NCBI GenBank assembly: GCA_021324815.1
Contig: JAJPIJ010000042.1
Span: 9,505 to 73,504 of the forward strand
From: Gammaproteobacteria bacterium
GTDB taxonomy: Bacteria; Pseudomonadota; Gammaproteobacteria; JAJPIJ01
Reading direction: 5' to 3'
DNA length: 64,000 nucleotides
In this document: piece after piece, positions 21,397-30,431 of the stretch
Layout of the letters: each line of letters starts with the position of its first letter
How positions within the stretch are numbered: position 1 is the first letter of the stretch
Notes under the pieces: generated by a model
What the model saw: the letters and a program-made list of their open reading frames with translations, nothing else
Databases searched by the model: none
What the model was told of the DNA's origin: nothing
Made by a program: the position numbers and the translations under genes

Positions 21397-23148
21397 ATGA
21401 GGATGACCATGATGCTGTCACCGTTGAAAAGAAGGGAAATCGCGGCGCCGGAGACGACACCGGCGACTGCGCAATTATCCGCGCCAGCGCTGCTGGAACT
21501 GAAGGGCGTCGGCAAGTCCTACGGGCGCGGCGCGCAGGCCACCCCCGTGCTCAAGGACATCAATCTTGCCATCCGCGAGGGGGAGTTCATCGCCATCGTC
21601 GGATTCTCCGGCAGCGGCAAGACCACGCTCATCTCGCTCGTCGCCGGCCTGATCCGGCCGGATGCGGGGGCGGTGCTGAAGAACGGCCGTCCCGTCACGG
21701 GGCCGGGACCGGATCGCGGCGTGGTGTTCCAGAATTATTCGCTGATGCCGTGGATGACGGTGTACCAGAACGTGGCCCTGGCGGTGAACCAGGTCCACCG
21801 GCATCTGCCGCCGGCGGAACGCCGGGCGCGCATCGAAAAGTACATTGGCATGGTGAACCTGACGCCGGCGATGGAGAAAAGGCCGGCGGAGCTGTCCGGC
21901 GGCATGCGCCAGCGCGTGGCGGTGGCCCGCGCCCTTGCCATGAGCCCGGACATCCTGCTGCTTGACGAGCCGCTGTCGGCGCTCGACGCGCTGACGCGCG
22001 CGAAATTGCAGGATGAAATCATCCGCATCTGGGAGCAGGAAAAAAAGACGGTGATCCTCATCACCAACGACGTCGACGAGGGGCTCATGCTCGCCGACCG
22101 CATCATTCCGCTTCAGCCCGGCCCCGGCGCAACGCTGGGACCCGCGTTTCCGGTCGATCTGCCGCGGCCGCGCGATCGCAGGGCGATGAACCATGATCCG
22201 GCCTTCAAGCGCCTGCGCCGCGAAGTGACCCAGTACCTGATGGACGCGGGCATGGCGCGTCAGCAGGCCGCGGATCAGGAGGTCAGGCTGCCCGACGTGC
22301 TGCCCGTCACCGCGCGGGAGCTGCAGCCGATCGGCACCGTCCATCATGACGCGCTGTCGGAGTTGGAGCTTGAACGCTATGTCGATTTCGCCGGGGTGTC
22401 GAAGATTTATCCCACGCGCAAGGGGCCGGTGAAGGTGGTGAAGGATTTCAATCTGCACGTCCGCAAGGGCGAGTTCATCTCCATCATCGGCCGCTCCGGC
22501 TGCGGCAAGTCCACGGTGCTGTCGATGGTCGCCGGCCTGAACGACATCAGCGCGGGCGGCATCACCCTCAATTACCGCGAAATCGACGCCGCCGGGCCGG
22601 ACCGTGGCATCGTCTTCCAGTCGCCGAGCCTGGTGCCGTGGCTGTCGGCCTACGACAACGTCCGCCTCGGCGTCGATCGCGTCTATCCGCACGTCTCCGC
22701 GCGGGAGCGCCGCGACATCATCACCTATTACCTGACCCGCGTCGGCCTGGCGAATGCCATGGACAGGAAGGCGGCGGAACTTTCCAACGGCATGAAGCAG
22801 CGCGTCGGCATCGCCCGCGCCTTCGCCCTGTCGCCCAAGCTGCTGCTGCTGGACGAGCCCTTCGGCATGCTGGATTCGCTGACGCGCTGGGAGTTGCAGG
22901 AGGTGTTGATGGAGGTGTGGACGCGCAGCCGGCTCACCGCCATCATCGTCACGCACGACGTCGACGAGGCCATCCTGCTCGCCGATCGCGTGGTGATGAT
23001 GACCAACGGTCCGAACGCACGCGTCGGCAGGATCATGAACGTGGACCTGCCGCGCCCGCGCACCCGCAGGCAACTGCTCGATCACCCGGATTACTACCGC
23101 CTGCGCGAGGGTCTCATCGACTTCCTCGCCGCATGCGATCACCCCTGA
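21397..23148 (+). CDS. Nitrate ABC transporter ATP-binding protein with two fused ATPase domains (NrtC/D)
   Basis: [19 protein letters not shown] and [20 protein letters not shown]; start uncertain (21367-21412). Confidence 0.88.
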   Translation: MRMTMMLSPLKRREIAAPETTPATAQLSAPALLELKGVGKSYGRGAQATPVLKDINLAIREGEFIAIVGFSGSGKTTLISLVAGLIRPDAGAVLKNGRPVTGPGPDRGVVFQNYSLMPWMTVYQNVALAVNQVHRHLPPAERRARIEKYIGMVNLTPAMEKRPAELSGGMRQRVAVARALAMSPDILLLDEPLSALDALTRAKLQDEIIRIWEQEKKTVILITNDVDEGLMLADRIIPLQPGPGATLGPAFPVDLPRPRDRRAMNHDPAFKRLRREVTQYLMDAGMARQQAADQEVRLPDVLPVTARELQPIGTVHHDALSELELERYVDFAGVSKIYPTRKGPVKVVKDFNLHVRKGEFISIIGRSGCGKSTVLSMVAGLNDISAGGITLNYREIDAAGPDRGIVFQSPSLVPWLSAYDNVRLGVDRVYPHVSARERRDIITYYLTRVGLANAMDRKAAELSNGMKQRVGIARAFALSPKLLLLDEPFGMLDSLTRWELQEVLMEVWTRSRLTAIIVTHDVDEAILLADRVVMMTNGPNARVGRIMNVDLPRPRTRRQLLDHPDYYRLREGLIDFLAACDHP

Positions 23149-23162
23149 ACAAAGGAGGCGCC

Positions 23163-25646
23163 ATGAACAGGGAAAAGCTCGTGTTGGTCGGCAACGGCAT
23201 GGCCGGCGTGCGCACGCTGGAGGAGCTGCTGAAGCTCGCGCCAGACAAGTACGACGTCACCGTCTTCGGCGCCGAGCCGCACCCGAACTACAACCGCATC
23301 CTGCTGTCGCCGGTGCTGGCCGGCGAGAAGACCGTGGATCAGATCATCCTCAATGACGAGGCATGGTACGACGGGCACGGGATCACCCTGCACAAAGGCA
23401 GAATGGTCACGCGCATCGACCGCAGGCAGCGGCGCGTGCGCACGGCGGACGGACTGGAGGCCGCCTATGACCGGCTTATTCTGGCGACCGGCTCGCATCC
23501 CTTCATGCTGCCCGTCCCGGGGCGCGACCTGCCGGGCGTGGTGACCTTCCGCGACATCCACGACGTCGATCGCATGCTGGCGGCGGCGGCGCGGGGCGGC
23601 AGGGCGGTGGTCATCGGCGGGGGGCTGCTGGGCCTCGAAGCGGCGAGCGGCCTTTCCAAACGCGGCATGGACGTGACCGTGGTGCATCTGCTGGAGACGC
23701 TCATGGAGCGGCAACTCGATGCCGCCGCCGCGGCGCTGCTCAAACAATCGCTGGAAGCGCGCGGGATCAAGTTCCTCACCGGCCGCGAGACCCAGGCCAT
23801 ACTCGGCGATGATCATGTGCGCGGCGTGCGTTTCAAGCCTGCCCTGAGCAAAGTCGAAGGGGACGGCGGGGAGGTTGCCGCCGATCTGGTGGTGATGGCC
23901 GTCGGCATCAAGCCGAACATTGATCTGGCGAAGTCCGCGGGCCTGTACTGCGAGCGCGGCGTCATCGTCAACGACACCATGCAAACCTACGACCCCCGCA
24001 TCTACGCGGTCGGCGAATGCGTGCAGCACCGCGGCCGGAGCTACGGGCTGGTGGCGCCGCTCTTCGAGCAGGCCAGGGTCTGCGCCAATCATCTGGCCGA
24101 GCTCGGCTTCGCGCGCTACGGCGGCTCCGTCACCTCCACCAAGCTCAAGGTCACCGGCATCGATCTGTTTTCCGCCGGCGATTTTCAGGGCGGCGCCGGC
24201 ACCGAGGAGATCGTGCTCAAGGACGCCACCCGCGGCGTCTACAAGAAACTGGTGCTGAAGGACAACCGCATCGTCGGCGGCGTGCTGTACGGCGACACCG
24301 TCGACGGCTCGTGGTACTTCCAGTTGATGAAGGACGGCACCGACGTCGCGCACCTGCGCGATCATCTGCTGTTCGGCCAGGCGCATCTTGGCGATTCGGG
24401 CCACGGCGAGAAGGTGAGCCAGGTGGCGGCGATGCCGGACCACGCCGAGATCTGCGGCTGCAACGGCGTCTGCAAGGGCGCAATCGTCCGCGCCATCATC
24501 GATAGGAAGCTGTTCACGCTGGACGAAGTGCGCGCCCACACCAAGGCCTCGAGCTCCTGCGGCTCCTGCACCGGCCTGGTCGAGGAACTGCTGGCCTCGA
24601 CCGTCGGCGCCGATTACACGCAGACGCCCAAGACCCGGCCGCTGTGCCCCTGCACCCATTACACGCACGAGGAGGTGCGTCGCGCTATCCTCGACAACGA
24701 ACTCAAAACCATTCCCGCCGTGCGCGCGTTTATGGAATGGAAGACGCCGGACGGCTGCCACATCTGCCGGCCCGCGCTCAACTATTACCTGATTTGCGCC
24801 TGGCCGGGCGAATATGCGGACGACGCCCAGTCGCGCTTCATCAACGAGCGCGCCCACGCCAACATCCAGAAGGACGGCACCTACTCGGTGGTGCCGCGCA
24901 TCTGGGGCGGCATCACCAGCCCGCAGCAGTTGCGCGCCATCGCCGACGTCGCCGAGAAATACCGGGTGCCGACGGTGAAGATCACCGGCGGCCAGCGCAT
25001 CGATCTCCTGGGCGTGAAGAAGGAGGACCTGCCGAAGGTGTGGGGCGATCTCGCTGAAGCGGGCTTCGTCTCCGGCCATGCCTACGGCAAGGCGCTGCGC
25101 ACGGTCAAGACCTGCGTCGGCTCCGAGTGGTGCCGCTTCGGCACGCAGGACTCGACCACCATGGGCATCCGGCTGGAGAAAATGACCTGGGGCGCGTGGA
25201 CGCCGCACAAGGTCAAAATGGCGGTGTCCGGCTGCCCGCGCAACTGCGCCGAGGCCACCATCAAGGACTTCGGCGTGGTCGCCGTGGATTCCGGCTGGGA
25301 ACTGCACGTCGGCGGCAACGGCGGCGTCAAGGTGCGCGCCACCGATCTGTTGTGCAAGGTGGAAACCATGGAGGAGGTGGAGGAATACTGCGCCGCCTTT
25401 CTGCAGCTCTACCGCGAGGACGCGCGCTATCTCGAGCGCACCGCGCCCTGGATCGAGCGCGTGGGGCTTGAATTCGTCAGGAAATCCATCGTTGACGATG
25501 AGGAAAACCGCCGGCGCCTGGCGGCGCGGTTCCGCGATTCGCAGCAGCACGCGCAAAAGGATCCCTGGGCCGAGCGCGCCGCCGGCGTGCAGCGCCAGGA
25601 ATTTGCGCCGCTCAAGACCGTTCCGGCAGTCCGCGCGGTCGCGTAA
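23163..25646 (+). CDS. nirB: Assimilatory NAD(P)H nitrite reductase large subunit
   Basis: GNGMAG, YNRILLS, CGCNGVCKG, HANIQKDGTYSVVPR, KTCVGSEWCRFG, SGCPRNC; GGAGG RBS. Confidence 0.96.
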   Translation: MNREKLVLVGNGMAGVRTLEELLKLAPDKYDVTVFGAEPHPNYNRILLSPVLAGEKTVDQIILNDEAWYDGHGITLHKGRMVTRIDRRQRRVRTADGLEAAYDRLILATGSHPFMLPVPGRDLPGVVTFRDIHDVDRMLAAAARGGRAVVIGGGLLGLEAASGLSKRGMDVTVVHLLETLMERQLDAAAAALLKQSLEARGIKFLTGRETQAILGDDHVRGVRFKPALSKVEGDGGEVAADLVVMAVGIKPNIDLAKSAGLYCERGVIVNDTMQTYDPRIYAVGECVQHRGRSYGLVAPLFEQARVCANHLAELGFARYGGSVTSTKLKVTGIDLFSAGDFQGGAGTEEIVLKDATRGVYKKLVLKDNRIVGGVLYGDTVDGSWYFQLMKDGTDVAHLRDHLLFGQAHLGDSGHGEKVSQVAAMPDHAEICGCNGVCKGAIVRAIIDRKLFTLDEVRAHTKASSSCGSCTGLVEELLASTVGADYTQTPKTRPLCPCTHYTHEEVRRAILDNELKTIPAVRAFMEWKTPDGCHICRPALNYYLICAWPGEYADDAQSRFINERAHANIQKDGTYSVVPRIWGGITSPQQLRAIADVAEKYRVPTVKITGGQRIDLLGVKKEDLPKVWGDLAEAGFVSGHAYGKALRTVKTCVGSEWCRFGTQDSTTMGIRLEKMTWGAWTPHKVKMAVSGCPRNCAEATIKDFGVVAVDSGWELHVGGNGGVKVRATDLLCKVETMEEVEEYCAAFLQLYREDARYLERTAPWIERVGLEFVRKSIVDDEENRRRLAARFRDSQQHAQKDPWAERAAGVQRQEFAPLKTVPAVRAVA
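23838..23861 (+). repeat. 24-bp REP-like element inserted in-frame in nirB (encodes PALSKVEG)
   Basis: CCTGCCCTGAGCAAAGTCGAAGGG interrupts the FK^DG motif; 19/24 identical to the intergenic copy at 25683. Confidence 0.8.
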
Positions 25647-25667
25647 TTGCGCGTGGAGTCGAAACAA

Positions 25668-25726
25668 CCCCTCTCCCCGGGACCTGCCTTGGGCGGCGTC
25701 GAAGGGGGAGGGGAAGGGTGGGGGGG
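25668..25726. repeat. Nested REP-like elements between nirB and nirD
   Basis: CCCCTCTCCCCGGGA-[CCTGCCTTGGGCGGCGTCGAAGGG, 25683-25706]-GGAGGGGAAGGGTGGGGGG. Confidence 0.75.
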
Positions 25727-25731
25727 TGACG

Positions 25732-26097
25732 GTGAAAGAAAACTGGATCGAAATCGGGCCATTGCAGGATATCCCGCGGCTGGGCGCGCGGGTGGTGCGC
25801 ACGCCGCAAGGCGACATCGCCGTGTTCCGCGCCGCCGATGACGCCGTGTTCGCGCTCGACGATCGCTGCCCGCACAAGGGCGGGCCGCTGTCGCAGGGCA
25901 TCGTCTACGACCGCCGCGTGGCCTGCCCCCTGCACAACTGGGTGATTTCGCTGGAAAGCGGCGAGGCCACCGGCGCCGACAGGGGCTGCACCCGCCGTCA
26001 CGAGGTCAAAATCGAGAACGGCCGCATCCTGTTGCGGCTGGCCGCGGCGCACGGCGCCGGACCGGCGGCGGAGCCACGTTGCGCCTCCGCGCGGTAG
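25732..26097 (+). CDS. nirD: Nitrite reductase small (Rieske) subunit
   Basis: WIEIG..DIPRLGAR, CPHKGGPLSQG, CPLHNW; GTG start (25726 or 25732). Confidence 0.93.
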   Translation: MKENWIEIGPLQDIPRLGARVVRTPQGDIAVFRAADDAVFALDDRCPHKGGPLSQGIVYDRRVACPLHNWVISLESGEATGADRGCTRRHEVKIENGRILLRLAAAHGAGPAAEPRCASAR

Positions 26098-26103
26098 CTT
26101 GAA

Positions 26104-28866
26104 ATGAGTGCCACAGCCGTCGCCACCACGTGCCCTTACTGCGGGGTGGGCTGCGGCGTTCTGGCCGAGCGCCGGCCGGACGGCGGCTGGCGGGTGCGCG
26201 GCGATCCGGACCATCCCGCCAATGCCGGCCGGCTGTGCTCCAAGGGCGCGGCGCTGGCGGAAACCCTGGACCTCGAGGACCGGCTGCTGCATCCCGAGCT
26301 GCGCGGGCGGCGCGTGTCATGGAATGTCGCGCTCGATCACGTCGCCGCGGAGTTCAAGCGCATCATCCAGGCGCACGGCCCGCAGGCCGTGGCCTTCTAT
26401 GTCTCCGGCCAGCTATTGACCGAGGATTATTACGTCGCCAACAAGCTGATGAAAGGCTACCTCGGCGCCGCCAACATCGACACCAACTCGCGGCTGTGCA
26501 TGTCCTCCAGCGTGGCCGGCCACCAGCGCGCCTTCGGCGCCGACGCGGTGCCGTGCAGCTACGCCGATCTGGAACTGGCCGATCTGCTGGTGCTGGTCGG
26601 CTCCAACGCCGCCTGGTGCCATCCGGTGCTGTGGCAGCGCATGTTGGAGTCACGCCGCGCCCGGCCGGAGGTGAAGATTGTCGTCATCGATCCACGCCGC
26701 ACCGCCACCGCCGCCGAGGCGGATTTGTTTCTGCCCCTCCGCTCCGGCACGGACACGATGCTGTTCAATGGCCTGCTGCACCACTTGAACCGGGAGTCGG
26801 CGCTCAACTGGAGTTTTCTCGAGCATCGCACCGAGGGCTACGCGGCGGCTTTCGCCGCCGCCCGCGACAGCGCGCCGTCGATCCCGGCGGTGGCCGCGGC
26901 CTGCGGACTGGACGCGGAGGACGTGGCACGGTTCTACCGCATGTTCACGCGCACCGAACGGGTGGTCACCTGCTATTCCCAGGGCGTCAACCAGTCCTCC
27001 AGCGGCACCGACAAGGTCAACAGCATCATCAACTGCCATCTTGCCACCGGTCGCATCGGCAGGCCGGGCATGGGGCCGTTCTCGCTCACCGGCCAGCCCA
27101 ACGCCATGGGCGGGCGCGAGGTCGGCGGTCTCGCCAATCAGCTGGCCGCGCACATGCACCTCGACAATCCCGATCACCGCGACTGCGTGCAGCGTTTCTG
27201 GAAATCGCCGGTGATCGCGCAAACGGCGGGATTGAAGGCCGTCGACATGTTCCGGGCCGTCGGCCGCGGCGAGATCAAGGCGGTGTGGATCATGGCCACC
27301 AACCCGGTGGTGAGCCTGCCCGACGCCGACGCCGTGCGCGCGGCGCTCGCCGGCTGCGAACTGGTGGTGGTTTCCGATTGCGTGCGCCACACCGACACCA
27401 CCGCGCTCGCGCACGTGCTGCTGCCGGCCCAGGCCTGGGGCGAGAAGGAGGGCACGGTGACCAACTCCGAGCGCCGCATCTCGCGCCAGCGCGCCTTCCT
27501 GGCGCCGCCGGGCGAGACCCGGCCGGACTGGTGGATCGTGAGTGAGGTGGCGCGCCGCATGGGCTTCGGCGACGCCTTCCGCTATCAAAGCGCCGCCGAC
27601 ATCTTCCGCGAGCATGCCGCGCTCAGCGCCTACGAGAATCACAATCGCCGCGATTTCGATCTGGGCGGGCTCGCCGGCATCGATGACGACAGCTACGACG
27701 CGCTGCGCCCGGTGCAGTGGCCTCTGCCTGCAGCCATGCGCGAGAGACTCCCTCTCCCCTTGCGGGAGAGGGCGGGGGGGAGGGGGAAACCATCCCCGGC
27801 TGACTCTCCACCCTCTCCCCGCAAGGGGGTGGGGGTCGAAAGCCGGGGCACCGCAAGGATGTTTGCGGACGGTCGCTTTTTCCATCCGGGCGGCCGGGCG
27901 CGCCTGGTGCCGATCCAGCCGCGGCCGCCCGCTTGCGCGCCTGATGAGGAATATCCATTGGCGCTCAACACCGGCCGCGTGCGCGACCACTGGCACACCA
28001 TGACGCGCACCGGCAAATCGGCGCGGCTGTCGGCACATGCGCCGGAGCCCTGCATCGACATCCATCCCGCCGATGCGGAGCGGTCAGGCCTGGTCAGAGA
28101 TCAACTCGCCTGCATCGAAAGCCGCTGGGGCAGCGCCGTCGGACGGGTCCGCATCAGCGACGCGCAGCGGCCGGGCGAAGTGTTCATGCCCATGCACTGG
28201 AATGATCAGTACGCAGCCAGGGCGCGCGTCGACGCCGTGGTGAATCCCGCCGTCGATCCGCATTCCGGCCAGCCGGAATTGAAGCATACGCCGGTGCGCA
28301 TCGCGCCGCTCAGGCCGGCGTGGGAGGCGGTGCTGTTCGGGGTCGCCGACCCGCCCGCGGAAAGCGCGCACTGGGTGCGGGTGCGCGGCAACGGCGGCGG
28401 GCGCGTGCACGCCGCCGGCCTCCAATGGCCGCGGGCGGGGCCGCCGGTCGCGGCGGGCTGGCTGCCGCCGCCGGCCCCCGGCGAGGAGCTGATCGAATAC
28501 GCGGACGTGGCCGCCGGCCGCTACCGCGCCGCGCTGCTGCGCGGCGGCCGGCTGCGCGCCTGCGTCTTTGCCATGCGCGGCGGCGATCTCCGTCCGCACA
28601 TCGAATGGCTGGACGGATTGATGGGACACCAGCAGCCGTTGAGCGTCGCTGATCGAATGGCGCTGCTGTCGGGCCAGCCCCCGCGCAACGGCGTCGACGC
28701 GGGCCCGCTGGTATGCGCATGTTTTGGCGTCGGTCGCAACACCATTCTCAAGGCGGCCAGGGACGGCTGCCGTTCGGTGGACGACATCGGTCGCGCGCTC
28801 AACGCCGGCAGCAACTGCGGCTCCTGCCGTGCCGAAATCCGCGAACTCCTCAATGCCGCATCGTGA
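26104..28866 (+). CDS. nasA: Assimilatory nitrate reductase catalytic subunit (Mo-bisPGD)
   Basis: TTCPYCGVGCG, LCSKG, SGQLLTEDYY, NSRLCMSS, TGQPNAMGGRE, LNTGRVRDHWHTMTRTG, C-terminal CACF..CGSC BFD-like cluster. Confidence 0.95.
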   Translation: MSATAVATTCPYCGVGCGVLAERRPDGGWRVRGDPDHPANAGRLCSKGAALAETLDLEDRLLHPELRGRRVSWNVALDHVAAEFKRIIQAHGPQAVAFYVSGQLLTEDYYVANKLMKGYLGAANIDTNSRLCMSSSVAGHQRAFGADAVPCSYADLELADLLVLVGSNAAWCHPVLWQRMLESRRARPEVKIVVIDPRRTATAAEADLFLPLRSGTDTMLFNGLLHHLNRESALNWSFLEHRTEGYAAAFAAARDSAPSIPAVAAACGLDAEDVARFYRMFTRTERVVTCYSQGVNQSSSGTDKVNSIINCHLATGRIGRPGMGPFSLTGQPNAMGGREVGGLANQLAAHMHLDNPDHRDCVQRFWKSPVIAQTAGLKAVDMFRAVGRGEIKAVWIMATNPVVSLPDADAVRAALAGCELVVVSDCVRHTDTTALAHVLLPAQAWGEKEGTVTNSERRISRQRAFLAPPGETRPDWWIVSEVARRMGFGDAFRYQSAADIFREHAALSAYENHNRRDFDLGGLAGIDDDSYDALRPVQWPLPAAMRERLPLPLRERAGGRGKPSPADSPPSPRKGVGVESRGTARMFADGRFFHPGGRARLVPIQPRPPACAPDEEYPLALNTGRVRDHWHTMTRTGKSARLSAHAPEPCIDIHPADAERSGLVRDQLACIESRWGSAVGRVRISDAQRPGEVFMPMHWNDQYAARARVDAVVNPAVDPHSGQPELKHTPVRIAPLRPAWEAVLFGVADPPAESAHWVRVRGNGGGRVHAAGLQWPRAGPPVAAGWLPPPAPGEELIEYADVAAGRYRAALLRGGRLRACVFAMRGGDLRPHIEWLDGLMGHQQPLSVADRMALLSGQPPRNGVDAGPLVCACFGVGRNTILKAARDGCRSVDDIGRALNAGSNCGSCRAEIRELLNAAS
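27750..27835. repeat. Paired CCCTCTCCC-N5-GGGAGAGGG palindromes inserted in-frame in nasA
   Basis: CCCTCTCCC-CTTGC-GGGAGAGGG (27750-72) and CCCTCTCCCC-GCAA-GGGGGTGGGG (27811-34); same family as the intergenic copy at 34076. Confidence 0.82.
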
Positions 28867-29105
28867 ATTCCATGCGGATGGAAGCTCGGTGTTCACTGAC
28901 GGGCCGGCAACTTTCAGGAGAATCTGATGCAGCGCAAACGAAGTGTTTCATCGCCTGCCAATTGACTTGAGCAGGCAGTTCCATAAGAATTGCCCGTCAG
29001 GGTGAGTCAGACGCGGCCGGGCATTGGCTTGCGTCGCCATAATCAACCAAAATCGAGCGGATAGGGGAGTGTTTCGGCTGTTTCTGACCGAAACAAGCAA
29101 ACCAC

Positions 29106-30350
29106 ATGATGAGTCGCGGCTCCCGTTCAACAACCTTGACCTCCTTACGCCGCACCGTACTCGCCGCCTTCTGCATATCAAGTCTCGCCGTGTCCGCCGG
29201 CGGCGAACCCAATATCGTCGAGCCCAAGTACCCCGCGCCCGCCGAGCCCCCCGTGCTGCCGCCTCCCACCCCGGAACCGGCGTCCCAAGGGGTGCTTCCA
29301 CCCCCGGCCGCCGAAACGCCTCCGTCCGCGCCCGGCGCCCCACCGGCCCAGTCCGAGGCAGCGGCTCCCGCCGCGCCGGCCGGCAATGGGCCGCAGCCCA
29401 CGGCCGCCACCGAGGGCGCCGCCGGCGCGGCAGTCGCGCCCGCCGAGCCGGAATCTGACGAGCCACCGCCCACGGCCAAGCCCGGCGAGTGTTATGCCCG
29501 CGTCAACATACCGCCCGAGGTGGTGACCGTGCAGGAACAGGTGCTCAAGCACGAGGCCTATCAGAAAGTCGAGGTCGTTCCGCCCGTTTTCCAGACCACG
29601 GAGGAGACCGTGCTGGTGAAGGATGCCTCCAAGCGCATCGAGGTCGTCCCGGCGGAATACGAAACCAAGACCGAGCAGGTGCTGGTGCGCCCCGCCACGA
29701 CCCGCCTGGAAATCGTTCCGGCGGAGTATGAGGAAGTGAAGGAGCAGGTCCTGGTGCGCGCCGGCTACAACAAGTGGGAGAAATGCCCGCCGACGGGCGG
29801 CAAGAGCAGGAAAACCAGGGGAGAGAACGATGACACGGAAGTGCTCTGCCTGGTGGAAGTACCCCCCGAGTATCAGACCGTGACCAAACAGGTGGTGAAA
29901 AAACCGGAGACGACGCGCCAGGTGACGGTGCCCGCCGAATACACCACCGTGACCAGGAGCGTGCTGAAAACCCCGGCGACGACGCGCGAGGTGGATGTGC
30001 CGGCGGAATACAAGAAAGTGCTCGTCACCAAGGAGGTGAGTCCGGCGCGGGAAGTGAAAGTGGACGTGCCGGCGGAATACGAGACGGTGACGCGCTTGAA
30101 GCGCATCAACAACGGGCGCATCGAGTGGCGTTCAATCCTCTGCCGCGCCGACGCCACGCCGGCGAAGATCATGGAGATCCAGAAGGCGCTGAAAGAGGCC
30201 GGCTACGATCCCGGCAAGATTGACGGCGTGCTCAGCACCAGGACGTTCGCGGCGATCTACGCCTATCAAAAAGCCAAGAATCTGCCGCAAGACTACGGCA
30301 ATTATCTCAACATCGACACCGTCAACGCGCTCGGCATCCAGCCGCATTAA
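29106..30350 (+). CDS. Exported Pro/Ala-rich protein with 23-aa VPAEY repeats and a C-terminal peptidoglycan-binding domain
   Basis: Signal-like N-terminus, eight VP(A/P)EY-type repeats, IQKALKEAGYDPGKIDG..T..AI..YQ (PG_binding_1 pattern). Confidence 0.8.
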   Translation: MMSRGSRSTTLTSLRRTVLAAFCISSLAVSAGGEPNIVEPKYPAPAEPPVLPPPTPEPASQGVLPPPAAETPPSAPGAPPAQSEAAAPAAPAGNGPQPTAATEGAAGAAVAPAEPESDEPPPTAKPGECYARVNIPPEVVTVQEQVLKHEAYQKVEVVPPVFQTTEETVLVKDASKRIEVVPAEYETKTEQVLVRPATTRLEIVPAEYEEVKEQVLVRAGYNKWEKCPPTGGKSRKTRGENDDTEVLCLVEVPPEYQTVTKQVVKKPETTRQVTVPAEYTTVTRSVLKTPATTREVDVPAEYKKVLVTKEVSPAREVKVDVPAEYETVTRLKRINNGRIEWRSILCRADATPAKIMEIQKALKEAGYDPGKIDGVLSTRTFAAIYAYQKAKNLPQDYGNYLNIDTVNALGIQPH

Positions 30351-30431
30351 GCAGTCCCCGCGCGATACCCGCGGCCCCCGGTTTCCGGCCGCTGAAATCC
30401 GCGGACTCCACAACTCCCTTTCCTCACACCG

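Noticed and set aside
22638..23162. Extended starts in the ORF track (nirB 22638; also lhr 41264, S2P 40187, lyase 7887, nasT 16487)
   Set aside because: They overlap neighbouring genes; downstream starts fit RBS positions and family N-termini
23139..25901. 920-aa antisense ORF and similar long shadow ORFs (60680-62830, 21475-23142, 1064-2968, 55244-56752)
   Set aside because: They mirror well-supported genes in high-GC DNA and show no recognisable motifs
29500..30100. Regularly spaced DNA repeats as a possible CRISPR array
   Set aside because: 69-nt coding periodicity with synonymous variation inside an ORF; no cas genes
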